Source: Eledone cirrhosa
Lineage: Eukaryota
Reading direction: 5' to 3'
Length of the DNA: 64,000 bases
Assembly: GCA_964016885.1 (NCBI GenBank)
Contig: OZ024747.1
Coordinates: forward strand, 558,001-622,000
The notes below the pieces were generated by a model that was not told the origin of the DNA, searched no databases, and was given only the letters and a program-made list of their open reading frames with translations. This document shows, in pieces, positions 12,110 through 25,977 of this stretch; within the stretch, counting starts at the first letter, position 1, and every line of letters starts with the position of its first letter. Position numbers and translations under genes: made by a program.

Positions 12110-15100
12110 AACCTTTAAAATGGGTGGTTTTATTGCATAGAACCAGAGCTTGTTTTGACCGGGCTGGTAACTAAAGGGTTAAATGATAAAGATGATGTTA
12201 TATTTATATAGGTGGCAGCAGTATTAATACAAGAAGCAGAAAAGAGCATAAGGAGGTTGCCTGGCTGCCACCATTTTTTCCTTAATTAGTCAAGTTATTT
12301 AGAACTGACTTACCTGGGCACATTAGAAAGTTTTGAAGAATATTTCTGATACATTTGGAAAATCTTCCTAGAATAAATAGAGAATAATAATTTATTTTTG
12401 CTACACATGAACAAATACATATATATACATACATGCATGCATACACACACTTATTTTAATGTAGTTGTGAAGTGAAGTTAACTCTTAACATCATGCAATG
12501 ATTTCAAAGAAAATTTCTTTAATAAAAAAGGTTTTGTTAATTCAAATGTTTATATCTTTACTAGTGGACGAACCATAGTGAACATTTGTAGTATTAGAAT
12601 AAAGCCTTTAATGTTTAATGTGATGAAGTCATAATACTGTTTTGTACTTTTCAAGAATGTCTTGCTAATGTCATTTCATGTGGACATTAAGAGTTAATAA
12701 GAACACATCAATGATTGCACCTTATATTATAAAAGAAGAGCTGTTTCTCTGTCTGTCTGTACTTCCCACATATAGATTTTTTTTAGTTGCTTTTGTGAGG
12801 GTTTGCCTATGTCCTTCAACATATAGACAACATAACAGACTTTCATTAATCTTTTTGCTGTCTTTGGAAGGTTTCCATAAAGGCATTTATTTGTCATATG
12901 TTGCTGCCATTTCACATTAAGGGCCATTCATAACATCCTTGTGTAGAAGCCGTTTAGCCCATTAACTTCTCAGTCAGTGTCCATGTTTCACTTGCCATAC
13001 AAAAGTATGGGTTTAACAATTGCAAAGAACAGTTTGATTTTGATCCTTCTAGACAATTTGGAGTGCCAGATTTTCTTTAGTTTGTGACAGGCTTGTGCCC
13101 TCCTTGCTTCAGGGCTAAAGTCTTCAACAACATTCATTGTAGCTTATATAGTCAGTTGTGGTCTTGTAATTAACCCTCGCCACCTATTGAATTTAAATCC
13201 GTAGCCAGAACACTGGAAGAGATAGCACAAGGCATCTTGTCCAACAATCTGCCACCATGGACTGGAACAAATACCACAAGATATTCTATTCAACCCATAC
13301 TAGCATGAAAAAATGGACATAAAACGGCGATGATGATGACTCTACAAATTCGCCTCCTATCCTCTAAAATATATTTTGTCCCCAAACTTACCAAGCAGCA
13401 CCAAAACAATCTGCTTTCATTGTAATTACAATCATATTTCCAAGGATTTCACCTGTTAATCTAGATTTTAAAAACAAAAAGACAAAAATCATTAGAAAGG
13501 AAAAAATGCAAAAAAAATATATACTGAAATATAAGCCGATCTGAGTATAAGCACACCCCCCCCTTTTTTATGTCTGAGAAATGAGCAAAAATCCAAACCT
13601 TGTTTATAAGTAGAGGCAGATACTCAAAACACTAAATTTAGATGGAGAATATAAGCTGGCTCCTAACCCCATTTTACCAGCGATTTTTTTTGTTATAAAA
13701 TCAAAGGTTTATATTCAAGTATATAATGCTTGGCTTATATTCAAGTACTAGCTGCAGTACCCGGTAATACCCGGGAAAAGTGGGGTTATTCGCTGTTCCC
13801 AGAGTGCGCCTGAAAATGCTAGCGACCCTGGGTGCCCATACTGGATTTTCAATAGCAACCTTTGCTAGGTGTGTTTATGGCAGATCAATTTTTTTGTGTG
13901 GAACTATCAATAGCTGTTTAAGTCTAAGTCCTTCTTCCATCCAGCTTTCTTCATTCAGAGTGAATAAGTCAGAGAAGTTTGAGCCTGAAGAGTATCAAAC
14001 TTATTCAACAAACTTATGTATAAGAATAGCAAACTTACAGCCTTAGAACTCAAGAACAAACACAGAACAATTGAGGAAGTCATCGCAATTATTGAAGAAA
14101 TTATAACCAAGTGAACATATTCAGGTACTGTTCAAGCACTCTGTATATCACCATTTGAAAAGCCCTTCAAATGACTGAAGCAATTCAATAAAACCATCCT
14201 GTTTTCCCTCTATAGTAAACATAACCCAAGAAAACACACCATAATAAGTCAGATAAACCATCAAAAGTGTTGGCTCTAAAGAGGGCCTTGTAACGTTCAC
14301 TGTTGTAAAGTTTCAATAATGGGGGAGAAGTTACATCTTAATTCGTGTTAATCTTCCCACGATCCAACACCTCGAAATATCGACAAAATGAACTCTACTC
14401 TCAAAGATGGCATGTTACAATTAACATGCCGAGAGTACGAATATTCGTCAACATACAATTTGGGTTTTAGTCTTCGGACTAATCTCAAGGTAAGCCAACT
14501 TCCAGGGCATTGGTTATCACACTCTTTTGTAACTTATCACCGATTCCTGCAGTTGACCTTAATGTGACCTAAGTGTATGCACGTGTTCAGAATCCATATC
14601 AGTGGCTGTAATATATATATATATATATATATACAGAGACATCTGTTCTGTCGTCAACCAAAATTAGATTGTTGTCTGCTTTGTTTGAAATTTCATTATG
14701 TATATTTCTAATAAGTTGTTGCCTCGTTTTGGAAGACTGAGTTGTGGGAGGAGGAAGGGTTTAACATAAAGTAATAATAATTATAATAATGAAAATATTG
14801 TGTACAGTGCTCAGGTGCACTACAACTCATCAAAAGTGTATGTATAGTACATAGGGTAATGTACAAACGTCAGGAAAATGAACAGTGCATGAGTCATGAT
14901 ATACACATGTGTGCATGTGTATGGAAGGTAGACATCAGGTGTAGTTTTGGCAAATTTCGTGAAGCATGTGGGTTTTAAAGGGAGCTGTGCTGTTTTCTGA
15001 CTTTGTAGACATGTCCACGTGTGTTAGACACATGGAGATCAAAAAGGTGCTCAGGGTTGTTGGCGAGATGGTTAATAACTTTGTGGGTGTTTACCAAATC

Positions 15101-18100
15101 AGTTGCCAGACATCAGAGCTTCAATGGATCCATGCCCAGGGAAGCAAGGCGTTCAGAGTATGGTAGGTGTCTGATGGAGGGTATGCGCTTGGTTGCACAG
15201 ACTGGTGATGCGAATGCCAAGTGTGGTCATACCATAGCTGTATACAGCTTTAAATAGATGACTGGAGAACGGCTAACAAAGGTCTTGCTGAGTGATGCCA
15301 AGACACCCTCGTCCTTCTTGACAATCTTAGAGACGTGCTTTGTCCAACGCAAATCGCTGCTGACAGTAATGCCCAGGTCACATTCACAAGAGGACTTCTT
15401 GATATCAGTGTTGTGGAGGGAGTATGTGGACGCTGTGATCCATTGCTGCATTGTGTCCAGGTCTGATTGTAGGAAAGAGTTATAGATTTCAGGATCTGTC
15501 CTTTTGATTTCAAGGTACAGCTTCATGTCATCTGCATATTTCAGTACCGTGGCATTCTTTAAGTTGGCATTTATGTCATTAATGTATGCAACAAACAAAA
15601 GGGGACCAAGAACAGATCCCTGTGGTACACCAGATGACATCTCATATGGTGAAGAATGCTGTCCTAGAACCGTGACTACCTCTTTTCGGCTGAGAATGAA
15701 GGATTTCAACCAGTTAAAAAGATCATCCTTCACACCCATTGCAGAGAGTTTCGCCATAAGTCTTTTGTGTGGCACAGAATTAAAAGCCTTAGCGAAGTCA
15801 AGGTAAACAACATCCACCCATGAGCCGCTGTCAGTGATCCGGGTAATGTCTTCAAGGAACTCGATAAGCTGATCGCAGCAGCTGGAATTAGGGATAAATC
15901 CGTAGTATCTCCTCTTCCCCTTCTCTCACTGAAACGTCTTCTCTTTCCTCCTCCATTGTAACGACAGCCCCAGGGGTTCCATTATTGATTTTTATTGAAA
16001 TCTAATTAACCAGTCCTGTTTCTGAATATTAGCTTAACATGTGTGTAAAGTGTCATCAGGATCGGATCACTGGTGTAGGTGCCAACTGGTTATACACAGA
16101 TACACAGACAGACAGAAATTGCCATTTATATAGTAGATATAATCCTTGGCTTATATTCAAATACATAATCTTTGGCTTATATTCAAGAATATACAGTACA
16201 TAAAAGAAATGAATAAAGAAAATTTTTTAAATGAAGAAAAATTTTTAAAACACAAAATTAAATTAATCTTTCCAATAATACCAACATGAAACTGTCTTTG
16301 CCTTTATTAATGCAATACTTTGTATATATTTAAATCTTTCATGATAATTTAGAACATTTTGTTAAGTTATGTTAAAAACATTAGTTAAACAAATTTGCGA
16401 ACATATTTTTAAACAAATACACTTTAGAAATTTCAATTAGCCTTGAAAATAATCAAGTTTTCAGGGATTTAGTAAAACAATTTTTCCATTAATTACTATA
16501 TTAAGCCAGGATTTGGAACATAACATATAGCAATTGTTTATCATAACTAGGGTTTTCTCTGGCAAGTAGGAATCAAAATGGTTAATAAATGACAAAACTA
16601 TTTTTCTAAACCCTTCCAGATTCTAAATATTTTCAATATTGATTTAAACATTATCTGAAATAAATAGGCAATGTATCTTACAAGAACTGTTGTGAGGAAA
16701 TTGTTAAAAACAACAGCACATCTACAACTTACTGAACAAATGTCCTGACATCTGCATCAATTTCTTCTATCCATCTATCAATGATATTGATCACGATATC
16801 AGAAAATTGTGAGAGAAGCTGAAAAACAAGAGGAAGGAGAAATAAGTTTACTAGTTTTGTATAGAGTAGGTAAGTACAGCAGTATCAATCCTCGAATAAA
16901 CCCTAGACTTGTATGTAAAAATTGGGTGGACAGAAACTGTTTGGAAGCCCATCAGATGGACTGTATCAGTAATTGAAAGGGCCAACGTTATGATATCCCT
17001 AAAATCACAGCCTACTGTCATCAAAAGTAAGGGAGACATATGTTGATAATGTAGTTCTAGACATGTAATATCTGAGAAGAGAATCATAAGTCTAGTTAGA
17101 ATTAAACTGAGTCTAAACAACAACAATAAAAAGAAGAAAAGTTTGTTTACACTTAATTAAAAGTGAAAAATTTGACTCCACTTAAAATTTAGGAAAAATA
17201 TATACAACATGACTTACATCAGACCGGCTTTCAGCAGCCATTAGTGAAAATATTATATCAATTTCTTCTCCTCGTGTGAATTGAAACAAAACCATGTCTA
17301 AAAGAAAAATATAATTATATATGTATAGATATATATTTAGTATTAAAAAGATTGGAGGCCATATGCAGTTGATTATTCCTACTGTCCAACACCACACCTA
17401 GATATTCCCTATATATCAAAATATTTCACTCTGGCATCGAGTGCATGAATCTCCTGGGATGTCAGGGTGGTGGTGGTGGTGTGTGTGAATGTGTGTGTGT
17501 GTGTGTGGGGGGGGGGGTAATCCGTTGAGATATGGTTGAATGTGGAACTAGTGAGGAGTAGGGCTCTCGCACTTTTAATCCAGTTAAACGTTAATATACT
17601 ATAATTTATACTATAATTTATTGTTCAAATATACTGATATCTATTTTAAATATAATCATTTCATTTTAATTTATTTTATTCTGTTTACTTCTTGTTTTCG
17701 GTTATAATATCCCCATAGTGATAAGGAAGGACGTTCAGTCATAGAATTCTGCCTCAAAAGGCCTTGTTCAACCCATGCTAGCATGGATAAGCAAGCATAG
17801 AACTAATGATGATGGTAATGATGCAGTTGTGTGTGTTTATATTTAGGATAATTGACACTGCATGCTTGCTAAATATATGTGTGTGTGTGTGTTATGAGCA
17901 TTGTTTAATTGATATAGTCAACACCACCCTCGTGTATTTATATGTGTGTGTGTGTTATGCATTACACTTTATCCGAGATCTGACAAGCTCAGTTATTAGG
18001 CAATGTAGAGATCAGACAAACAGAATAACTATGTATGGAGCTGATACTTACCCGTCCAGATTCGAGGAAGATATTCTTGACCATCATGTAGTTCAATTGC

Positions 18101-19363
18101 CTTCAATAAATCAGTCAGTGCTAAGTTGTTTGGAGTCCACATCTACAGCACAGAAGATATATATAACATCAGTTGTAGGACTTTTCACATCAACTGGCTA
18201 CTGTTATTGTTGTTTACAACCTCAAATCAACCATAATTAACCCTTTTGTGACAATATTTCTTATGAAATACATACCTGTCAGACAGTCCTATACGAGCAA
18301 GACAACCAATCTTGCCTCAAGTGGGAAAATTCCCGTCCAAATCCATGCTAGCGTGGAAGATGGACGTTAAACGATGATGATGATTCTATTTCAATTAATT
18401 AATGGAAGAATTTTGAGAAATTTTCTAAAACGATTAATTATTTCATTATTAAAATAGTAACTTAACATATGGTTCTTATATAAAATTATGTTGAAAGATC
18501 TAATTTAAATAGGAACCCTTTGAAATTTGTTTCCAGTTTTGGTCATCAAATCCTTTTTTAAGGTATGTCCACATTGGTATATCCACATTGTGTCCTTTCT
18601 ATATTTAAGATGATGAGATGTGATTTGAAAAAACAAATACCCCAAGTCATCATGGACTGAAACTTTGTTATCTACAAATCGATGAGAAAGTTGACCTCAG
18701 CAAGATTGGAACTCATTTGTTTACCGATTGGGGTGGAACTCATCAAATTGAACCAAGGAAACAGTATTTCTATTGGTCTCTCCATTGCTGATACTATCTA
18801 TTGGTCACAACTCCTGGAAGAAAGAGCATTGTGAAACAAAGTATTTTGTTCAAGGACATAACGCATTGCCCGATCCAGGAATTGAACTCGCAAGCTCACA
18901 ATTGCAAATCTAATTCTCTAACCACTAAGCTATGCATCTTTTACAATTTTTACAGAAAGTAAATAAAGTCACAGTTTCGAAATAATCAAAACAAAGTTGT
19001 GGTGTACGTACATTTGGGGTAAAGCGGTCATAATATGACATGATCTTCTCCATCGTCTCAAACTGGCAGAGTAGGCGGAAAAAGAATGAACTGAAAGAAA
19101 TTAAAATGCATATATATATATCTCAGACCGGGTGATGTGTTGTTTCCTTGAGCAAGACACTTTATTTCACATTGCTCCAGTTTACTCAGCTGTAGAAATG
19201 AGATGATTGGACTGGGGTCCCTATCATTCCACGGCAAAAAAAACCCAGCACTCACTGTAAATGAGGTTGGTGTTAGGAAGGGCTGTAGAAATCAAGCCAG
19301 AATCAGTTCCCGTCCCACCCTTGCATGCAGGGAAAAGTGGACGTAAAATGATGATGATATATA

Positions 19364-19422
<59 letters not shown>

Positions 19423-22400
19423 ACATATATATATATATATATCTGATGATGATATATATATATATGTGTGTGTATATATATATATATGTGTGTACATATA
19501 TATGTGTGTATATATATATGTGTGTATATATATATATATATCATCATCATCATTTAACGTCCATCTTCCACGCTAGCATGGGTTAGACGGTTTTGTTCCA
19601 TTTGATGTGGGAATGGTTGGGAGACCACGTCTCACTCGAACGGAAGAATCTCTGGCAGGTTTTTAACAGTGGATGCCCTTCCTAACACCAACCACATTTA
19701 CAGTGTGGAGTGGGAGCTTTTTCACTGTGTCTCCTACACGGTCACCTTACTGTGTAGACTGTTGTGTCATCGACACAGTGGACGGAACGGGAGAGGTAGG
19801 GTGGGGTAGGGTGTGGCGGTGGAGTGTACATTGAGTTAAGAGATACCTACTGACTGTAGGTTTGTATGCAATGGCAGTCGGGTCTTCTGTACAACTGCAT
19901 GGCGCCAAAGGTCTGGATCCAGTGTCATTGTCTTAGAGAGGTGTAGGTGAGCAAGGTCAGTTGTTATCACCTCATCCAGGTATTTCTTGCTCAACCCACT
20001 CTGTAGCTTCCATCAATTTTCATTGCCCTGCACTTTCTTATAGAGCTGTCGTCCTTCATACGCATCACATGTCCATAGCAACGCAGCCACATTAAGTGTT
20101 AGTGAATAGAATATGTGTTTGTGAGAGGGGGGTAGGGGGGAGTAGGGAGAGTGAGGGAGGAGAGTAGGGAGAGTGAGAGGGAGGGGAGTAGGGAGAGTGA
20201 GAGATAGGAAGGAGAGTAGGGAGAGAGAGAGAGGAAAGTAGGGAGAGTGGGAGGGAGGGGAGATAGGGAGAGTGGGAGGGAGGGGAGGGAGGGAGAGTGG
20301 GAGGGAGGAGAGTAGGGAGAGTGAGGAGAGATAAGGGGAGTGAGAGGGAGGAGAGTAGGGAGAGTGAGAGGGAGGAGAGTAGGGAGAGTGAGAGTAGGGA
20401 GAGTGAGAGGGAGGAGAGTAGACATAGTGAGAAGGAGGAGAGTAGGGAGAGTGAGAGGGAGGAGAGATAGGGAGAGTGAGAGGGAGGAGAGATAGGGAGA
20501 GTGAGAGGGAGGAGAGTAGAGAGAGTGGAGGGAAGGGAGTAGGGAGAGTGAGAGGGAGGAGAGTAGGGAGAGTGAGAGGGAGGAGAGTAGAGAGAGTGGA
20601 AGGAGGTGAGTAGGGAGAGTGAGAGGGAGGAGAGTAGGGAGAGTGAGAATGGAGGGAGGAGAGTATGGAGAGTGGAGGGAGGAGAGTAGGGAGAGTGATA
20701 GTGAGAGGGAGAGTGAGAGGGAGGGGTGAGAGGGAGAGTGAAAGGGAGGAGAGATAGGGAGAGTGAGTGGGAGGAGAGATAGGGAGAGTGAGAGGAAGGA
20801 GAGTAGGGAGAGTGAGAGGGAGGAGAGTAGGGAGAGTGAGAAGGAGGAGAGTATGGAGAGTGAGAGGGAGAGAGGGCGGGAGGAGAGAGGGTGAAAGTTT
20901 TTGGCTAAGTAAAATCAACTTTAATTAAAATTTACTACTCACTAATAAATCCCTTCCTTGAAGGCGTCCCCGAGGAATTGGTAATTAGAACCGTGATTAA
21001 GGAATTCATCAATTCTGTAGGCCAATTGTGGGTCTTTGATTTGGAAAAAGCACTGCAAATATATATATAGGGTTAGACATATACATACACAGGTACACAT
21101 ATACATAAGTACACATATACATATATGTAGACATACATCTATAATTGTTATACTTGACATCATAAAATAAAATTAAACATCTAACTCGTTTAAATGCCTA
21201 AAGGGCTCGGTAGAAGAAGTTGATAGTTTCTGTTACCTGGGCAACCAAATTAGCAATGGAGATGGATGTTCTGAAAGTACAATACCCAAAGTGAGAACGG
21301 GATGGAGTTACTACCATAGCTAACCACAAAAGGTTTTTCCCTCAAAATAAAGAGCAGATTGTACGATGCATGTATATGAACAGCAATGTTCCATGGCAGT
21401 GAGACCTGGGTGCTGTGTGCAGAGGACCTACGAAGATTGTAAAGCAATGAAACTTGCATATATCGATGGATGTGTAATAATAATATACATGAATGGCAAA
21501 GCATAAATGAACTGAGAAAAACTGGGCATAAGAGGAGATTGCGTTGGTATGGACATGTGATGTGTATAAAGGTCGACAGCTGTAAAAAAAGGAGCAGAGC
21601 ATTCAAAGTTGATGGAAGCTATGGTGTAGGAAAACCTAGGAAAACTTGGAATGAGGTAATAAAAGCTGACCTTGCACAATTGTACTTCTCAAAGGTGATG
21701 ACACAGAACTGAGATCTCTGGTGTTATGTGGTAATACAGAAGACCCACTTACCCATGTACACAGCTTGAAGCATACATCTTCCCACTTCCATACACCTCC
21801 ACGTCCTAACACCCCTTCCTTCTTCAAGCCCTCCCCCCCTCCTGCACCTTACACATCCTAACACTCCACCCACACATCACCAGATCTACTTTCCCAATAC
21901 CTACACATCTCCCCCCAGTCTACACTGTAAATAGGTCATGTAGGTGTCACAACAAAGAGTACTCAGTCTACACTGTAAAGTGGTCATGTAGGTGTCATGA
22001 CAAAAAGTGCCCAGCCCAAACAGTAAATGTGGTTGGTGTTAGGAAGGGTATCCAGCTGTAGAAACCAAGCCAAAATCAGTCATGTATGAGCAAGATATGG
22101 TCATCGGACTTGGCTTGTCTCACAATGGAGCAACTCATCTAACCCATGCTAGCATAGAAAAATGGACGTTAAACGATGGTGATGCAGATACACACAATGG
22201 CTTTTAAATACCTAAGAACAAAAACAGTGACATCACTTTTAGATAACAAACAACAGCACATCCATATGTACATATATCTATATCTAATATAAAATGATAG
22301 GTAATTATAAACTTGTTTAAGCAGCCAGATTTTGCTGGATTCAGCCAGATTTAGCTAGATTCAACCAGCCGTACTGAGATGATTTACTCTTGGCTACTGA

Positions 22401-22783
22401 GTTCAACTTTACCTTTCATCTATTCAAGGTCGATAAAAGTACTGGGTCTATTCTACCTCTATATCTCTTTCTCACTTCCTCTCTTTCACTTTCTACCAGA
22501 CTCTAGAAAAAATTGTCTATATGGAACCCCTAAGCCTCCTTGAGGAGTAGTTACAGGGCCATACATATAGAAAGGTAAATTAGTAGAAAGAAACTAAAAA
22601 TTTAAACTTACCTTAGCCATAGCATTGGAAAAGAACTCAACTGGAAACAAAACAAACAAAAAAGATATAAAAAAGGCCAACACGTTATTTACTATTATCT
22701 AGCATAATAAGCTGGTATAGCTGTATGGTTAAATAGTTCAGTTAGCACCACATGCTTCTGGGCTCAGTCTCACACGCTCTTAT

Positions 22784-22857
<74 letters not shown>

Positions 22858-23924
22858 TATATTATATTTTGAGATTAAACTCTCAGTCGTTTACAATTAA
22901 TCAGCTCCAAGAAAGAGGCATTTCCGAGCAGTTAAATACATGTTATACATTAATATATATGATAAACACAAAACGTGTTTGCATTGTAACAGACAAAGTT
23001 AGCTATCAATGAAATAAACTAATTAAAGTGAATACAATTTGTCTGTCTCGATATAAGTCAATAAAGACAAGCTTATATTGGCAAAAGCCGTGATTCCTGG
23101 ACAAATCTAAATTTCAAAATCCAAACCCGCTCCGTAGATGAATTTGAACTTCGAAACCTAAATATGTTTCGCAACGATGGTAGATGAATTGAAAAATAAA
23201 GAGAATCGAAATGGAATTGAAATAAAAAGTGAAATATCCAAATCTTCTGTGCTTATCAACAGGAATCCAGTAAAATTAGTACATTCCACAATCAAAAATT
23301 TTGCAGGTCTGACTACACGTGTGTGTAGCCAGCCAAGCTAGCCATCCCGCATTCCCGGTGCTAGAAATAACAGCCGTTTATACGGGATTAAAGATCAGCT
23401 CTACAGTTAAGGAGCAATATACTATATTATATTTTTGAGATTATTTTGCTCCTTAACTGTAGAGCTGATCTTTAATCCCGTATAAACGGCTGTTATTTCT
23501 AGCACCGGGAATGCGGGACGGCTAGCTTGGCTGGCTACACACACGTGTAGTCAGACCTGCAAAATTTTTGATGGTGGAATGTAATAATTTTACTGGATTC
23601 CTGTTGATAAGCACAGAAGATTTGGATATTTCACTTTTTATTTCAATTCCATTTCGATTCTCTTTATTTTTCAATTCATCTACCATCGTTGCGAAACTTA
23701 TTTAGGTTTCGAAGTTCAAATTCATCTACGGAGCGGGTTTGCATTTTGAAATTTAGATTTGTCCAGGAATCACGGCTTTTGCCAATATAAGCTTGTCTTT
23801 ATTGACTTATATCGAGACAGACAAATTGTATTCACTTTAATTAGTTTATTTCATTGATAGCTAACTTTGTCTGTTACAATGCAAACACGTTTTGTGTTTA
23901 TCATATATATTAATGTATAACATG

Positions 23925-23978
<54 letters not shown>

Positions 23979-25937
23979 TGGCTTGCACTGCTCTCACCAA
24001 CCATTCTTCTACACCCAATTTCCTTAAGGACTACCTGATAATAGATGGAGGTATTCTGTCAAAGGCCTTCTCTAGATCAACAAAAGCTAAATATAGTGGT
24101 TTATTTTTGGCTAGGAACGCCTCTTGTAGTTGCCTCACTAGGAAGATGGCATTTGTAGTATTTTTCCCAGACATGAAGCTAAATTGCATCTCATCTAATT
24201 TAACTCTTTCTCTAATTAGTTGAGTGCAACTAATTCTTTCTGTCACTTTCATAACTTGATCCATTAGTCTTATTCCTCTATAGTTACTCCTTTCTAGGGC
24301 TTACCTTTGAAATGCAATATGGGTATGGATGATGTTTGCTAGATGAAGAAAGAAGTGCCAGGAGATGTCAATAGAAGTAAGCTGCAGTGGAAGAAGACTG
24401 AAGAAAACCAAGAGAGCTAAAGAGGACCCATCCAACCAATGCAAGCATGGAAAAACTGACATGATGATGATGGTGATGGCTTGGTGGTGATATGGAGTTG
24501 AAGAAAGAAAGAGTGATAGAGAGACAATCATACATATAAATACTTACAATCAGATGGATGTTGCAGAGTCATTTCTTTGTCTTTCAAGTAGTCCATGATT
24601 TCATAGAGTAACTGTGATTCCACATCTCAAAAAAATAACAGAATCAACACAGATTAATCATTTAACTTTAACCAACATCCAATATTGTTATTGTGTATGT
24701 GGCTATCTTTGACTGAAAGAAATATATTTGGTGGAATTGGTAAATAAAGAGACAACCCAATGCCTCAGTCCCACTTCATTCCTTATCAATAGTCTCCATA
24801 TACTCATTGATGCAATCACAGTATTGCCTCATATCTCTATTAATATTACCAGCTGTAATAATGAAGATGCTGGCATTCATTATCAAGGTAGTTTACAGGA
24901 GGACCTCATACAGACAGTCCTGATTCAGGAGCATATACACATATAACTCTTGTTGACATACTGCACTAATCCCTGTATATATAATCAAGGTTTTTCTTTT
25001 CCTCCTTAGTGTAGTTTTTTTATGGCTGGATGCCCTTCCTATCATAAATTGACAGTATGGACAGAGTGCTTGTTATCATGCTACACACACGAGAGAGGTT
25101 GTCTGTCAAGACTAAAGTATCCCCTCTACATGGAATCACAATTTCACAAGCAGGCTGTTCTGTTGTTTAAACAACTGGAACACATGCTGTCAGAACCAAA
25201 AGAGGTCCAACAACAAACAGGGGAGCAATTTCATACTAGGAACTACCAGCACTCCTTCACCCATATATCCATTCCACTTGGCAACCCTGGCACTCCTTCC
25301 CCCAGCAATCATCACCCATATACATTACCTGACCATATGATATCTGATCCCTCTTATACCCAGTTTTTCATTCAACTCATCCATTTTTCATTGTTTATCC
25401 ATATTAACATTATACAACCAACAGCGCCTGCTCAATTAATTTCTTTCTATTCTTTAAAGAGTTTATTTCACTCATTTTCTTACTGTTATTAACTACAACT
25501 GTACATCTGTCACACACAAAATATCCCTATTTCATTAGCCTGCCTGTGATACCACTACACCACTTGTGTACTCAGAGTTTCTCCCAACTCCTTTCCTGTA
25601 TATCAAGCCTTATAACAGGATAATCTTGCCTTCTTTTCTACTTAGCAAGACATTAGTCATTGCTAAGTTTTCTATGATTTGTTACTAAGATAAAACTAAT
25701 GAGGAATTATACCTCCAACTCCCTCAATAATATATAAAGACAAAATTGAAAAGTTGAAAACTACTTACTTTCATTGAAATAGTTAATGTTTATAAACATG
25801 CTCCAACTTCCCAAACTGGGTTCTGTAAAATTAAAACAATGATATATCAGTAGTAACTAAGGCATGAAGAAGATTTTAAAAAACACTGAATAGCATTAAC
25901 AACAATTTCCCTTCCTTATTAAATGTATTGTGCATGA

Positions 25938-25977
<40 letters not shown>

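Larger units (their letters stand above)
13520..16198. mobile_element. Tc1/pogo-like MITE remnant interrupted by a Helitron
   Basis: Ends aatataagccga... and ...ggcttatattcaagaatatacagta. A related left end occurs at ~27737-27825. Confidence 0.55.

Noticed and set aside
20013-20918. 301-aa extensin-like ORF
   Set aside because: Translation of a purine-rich minisatellite in an intron.
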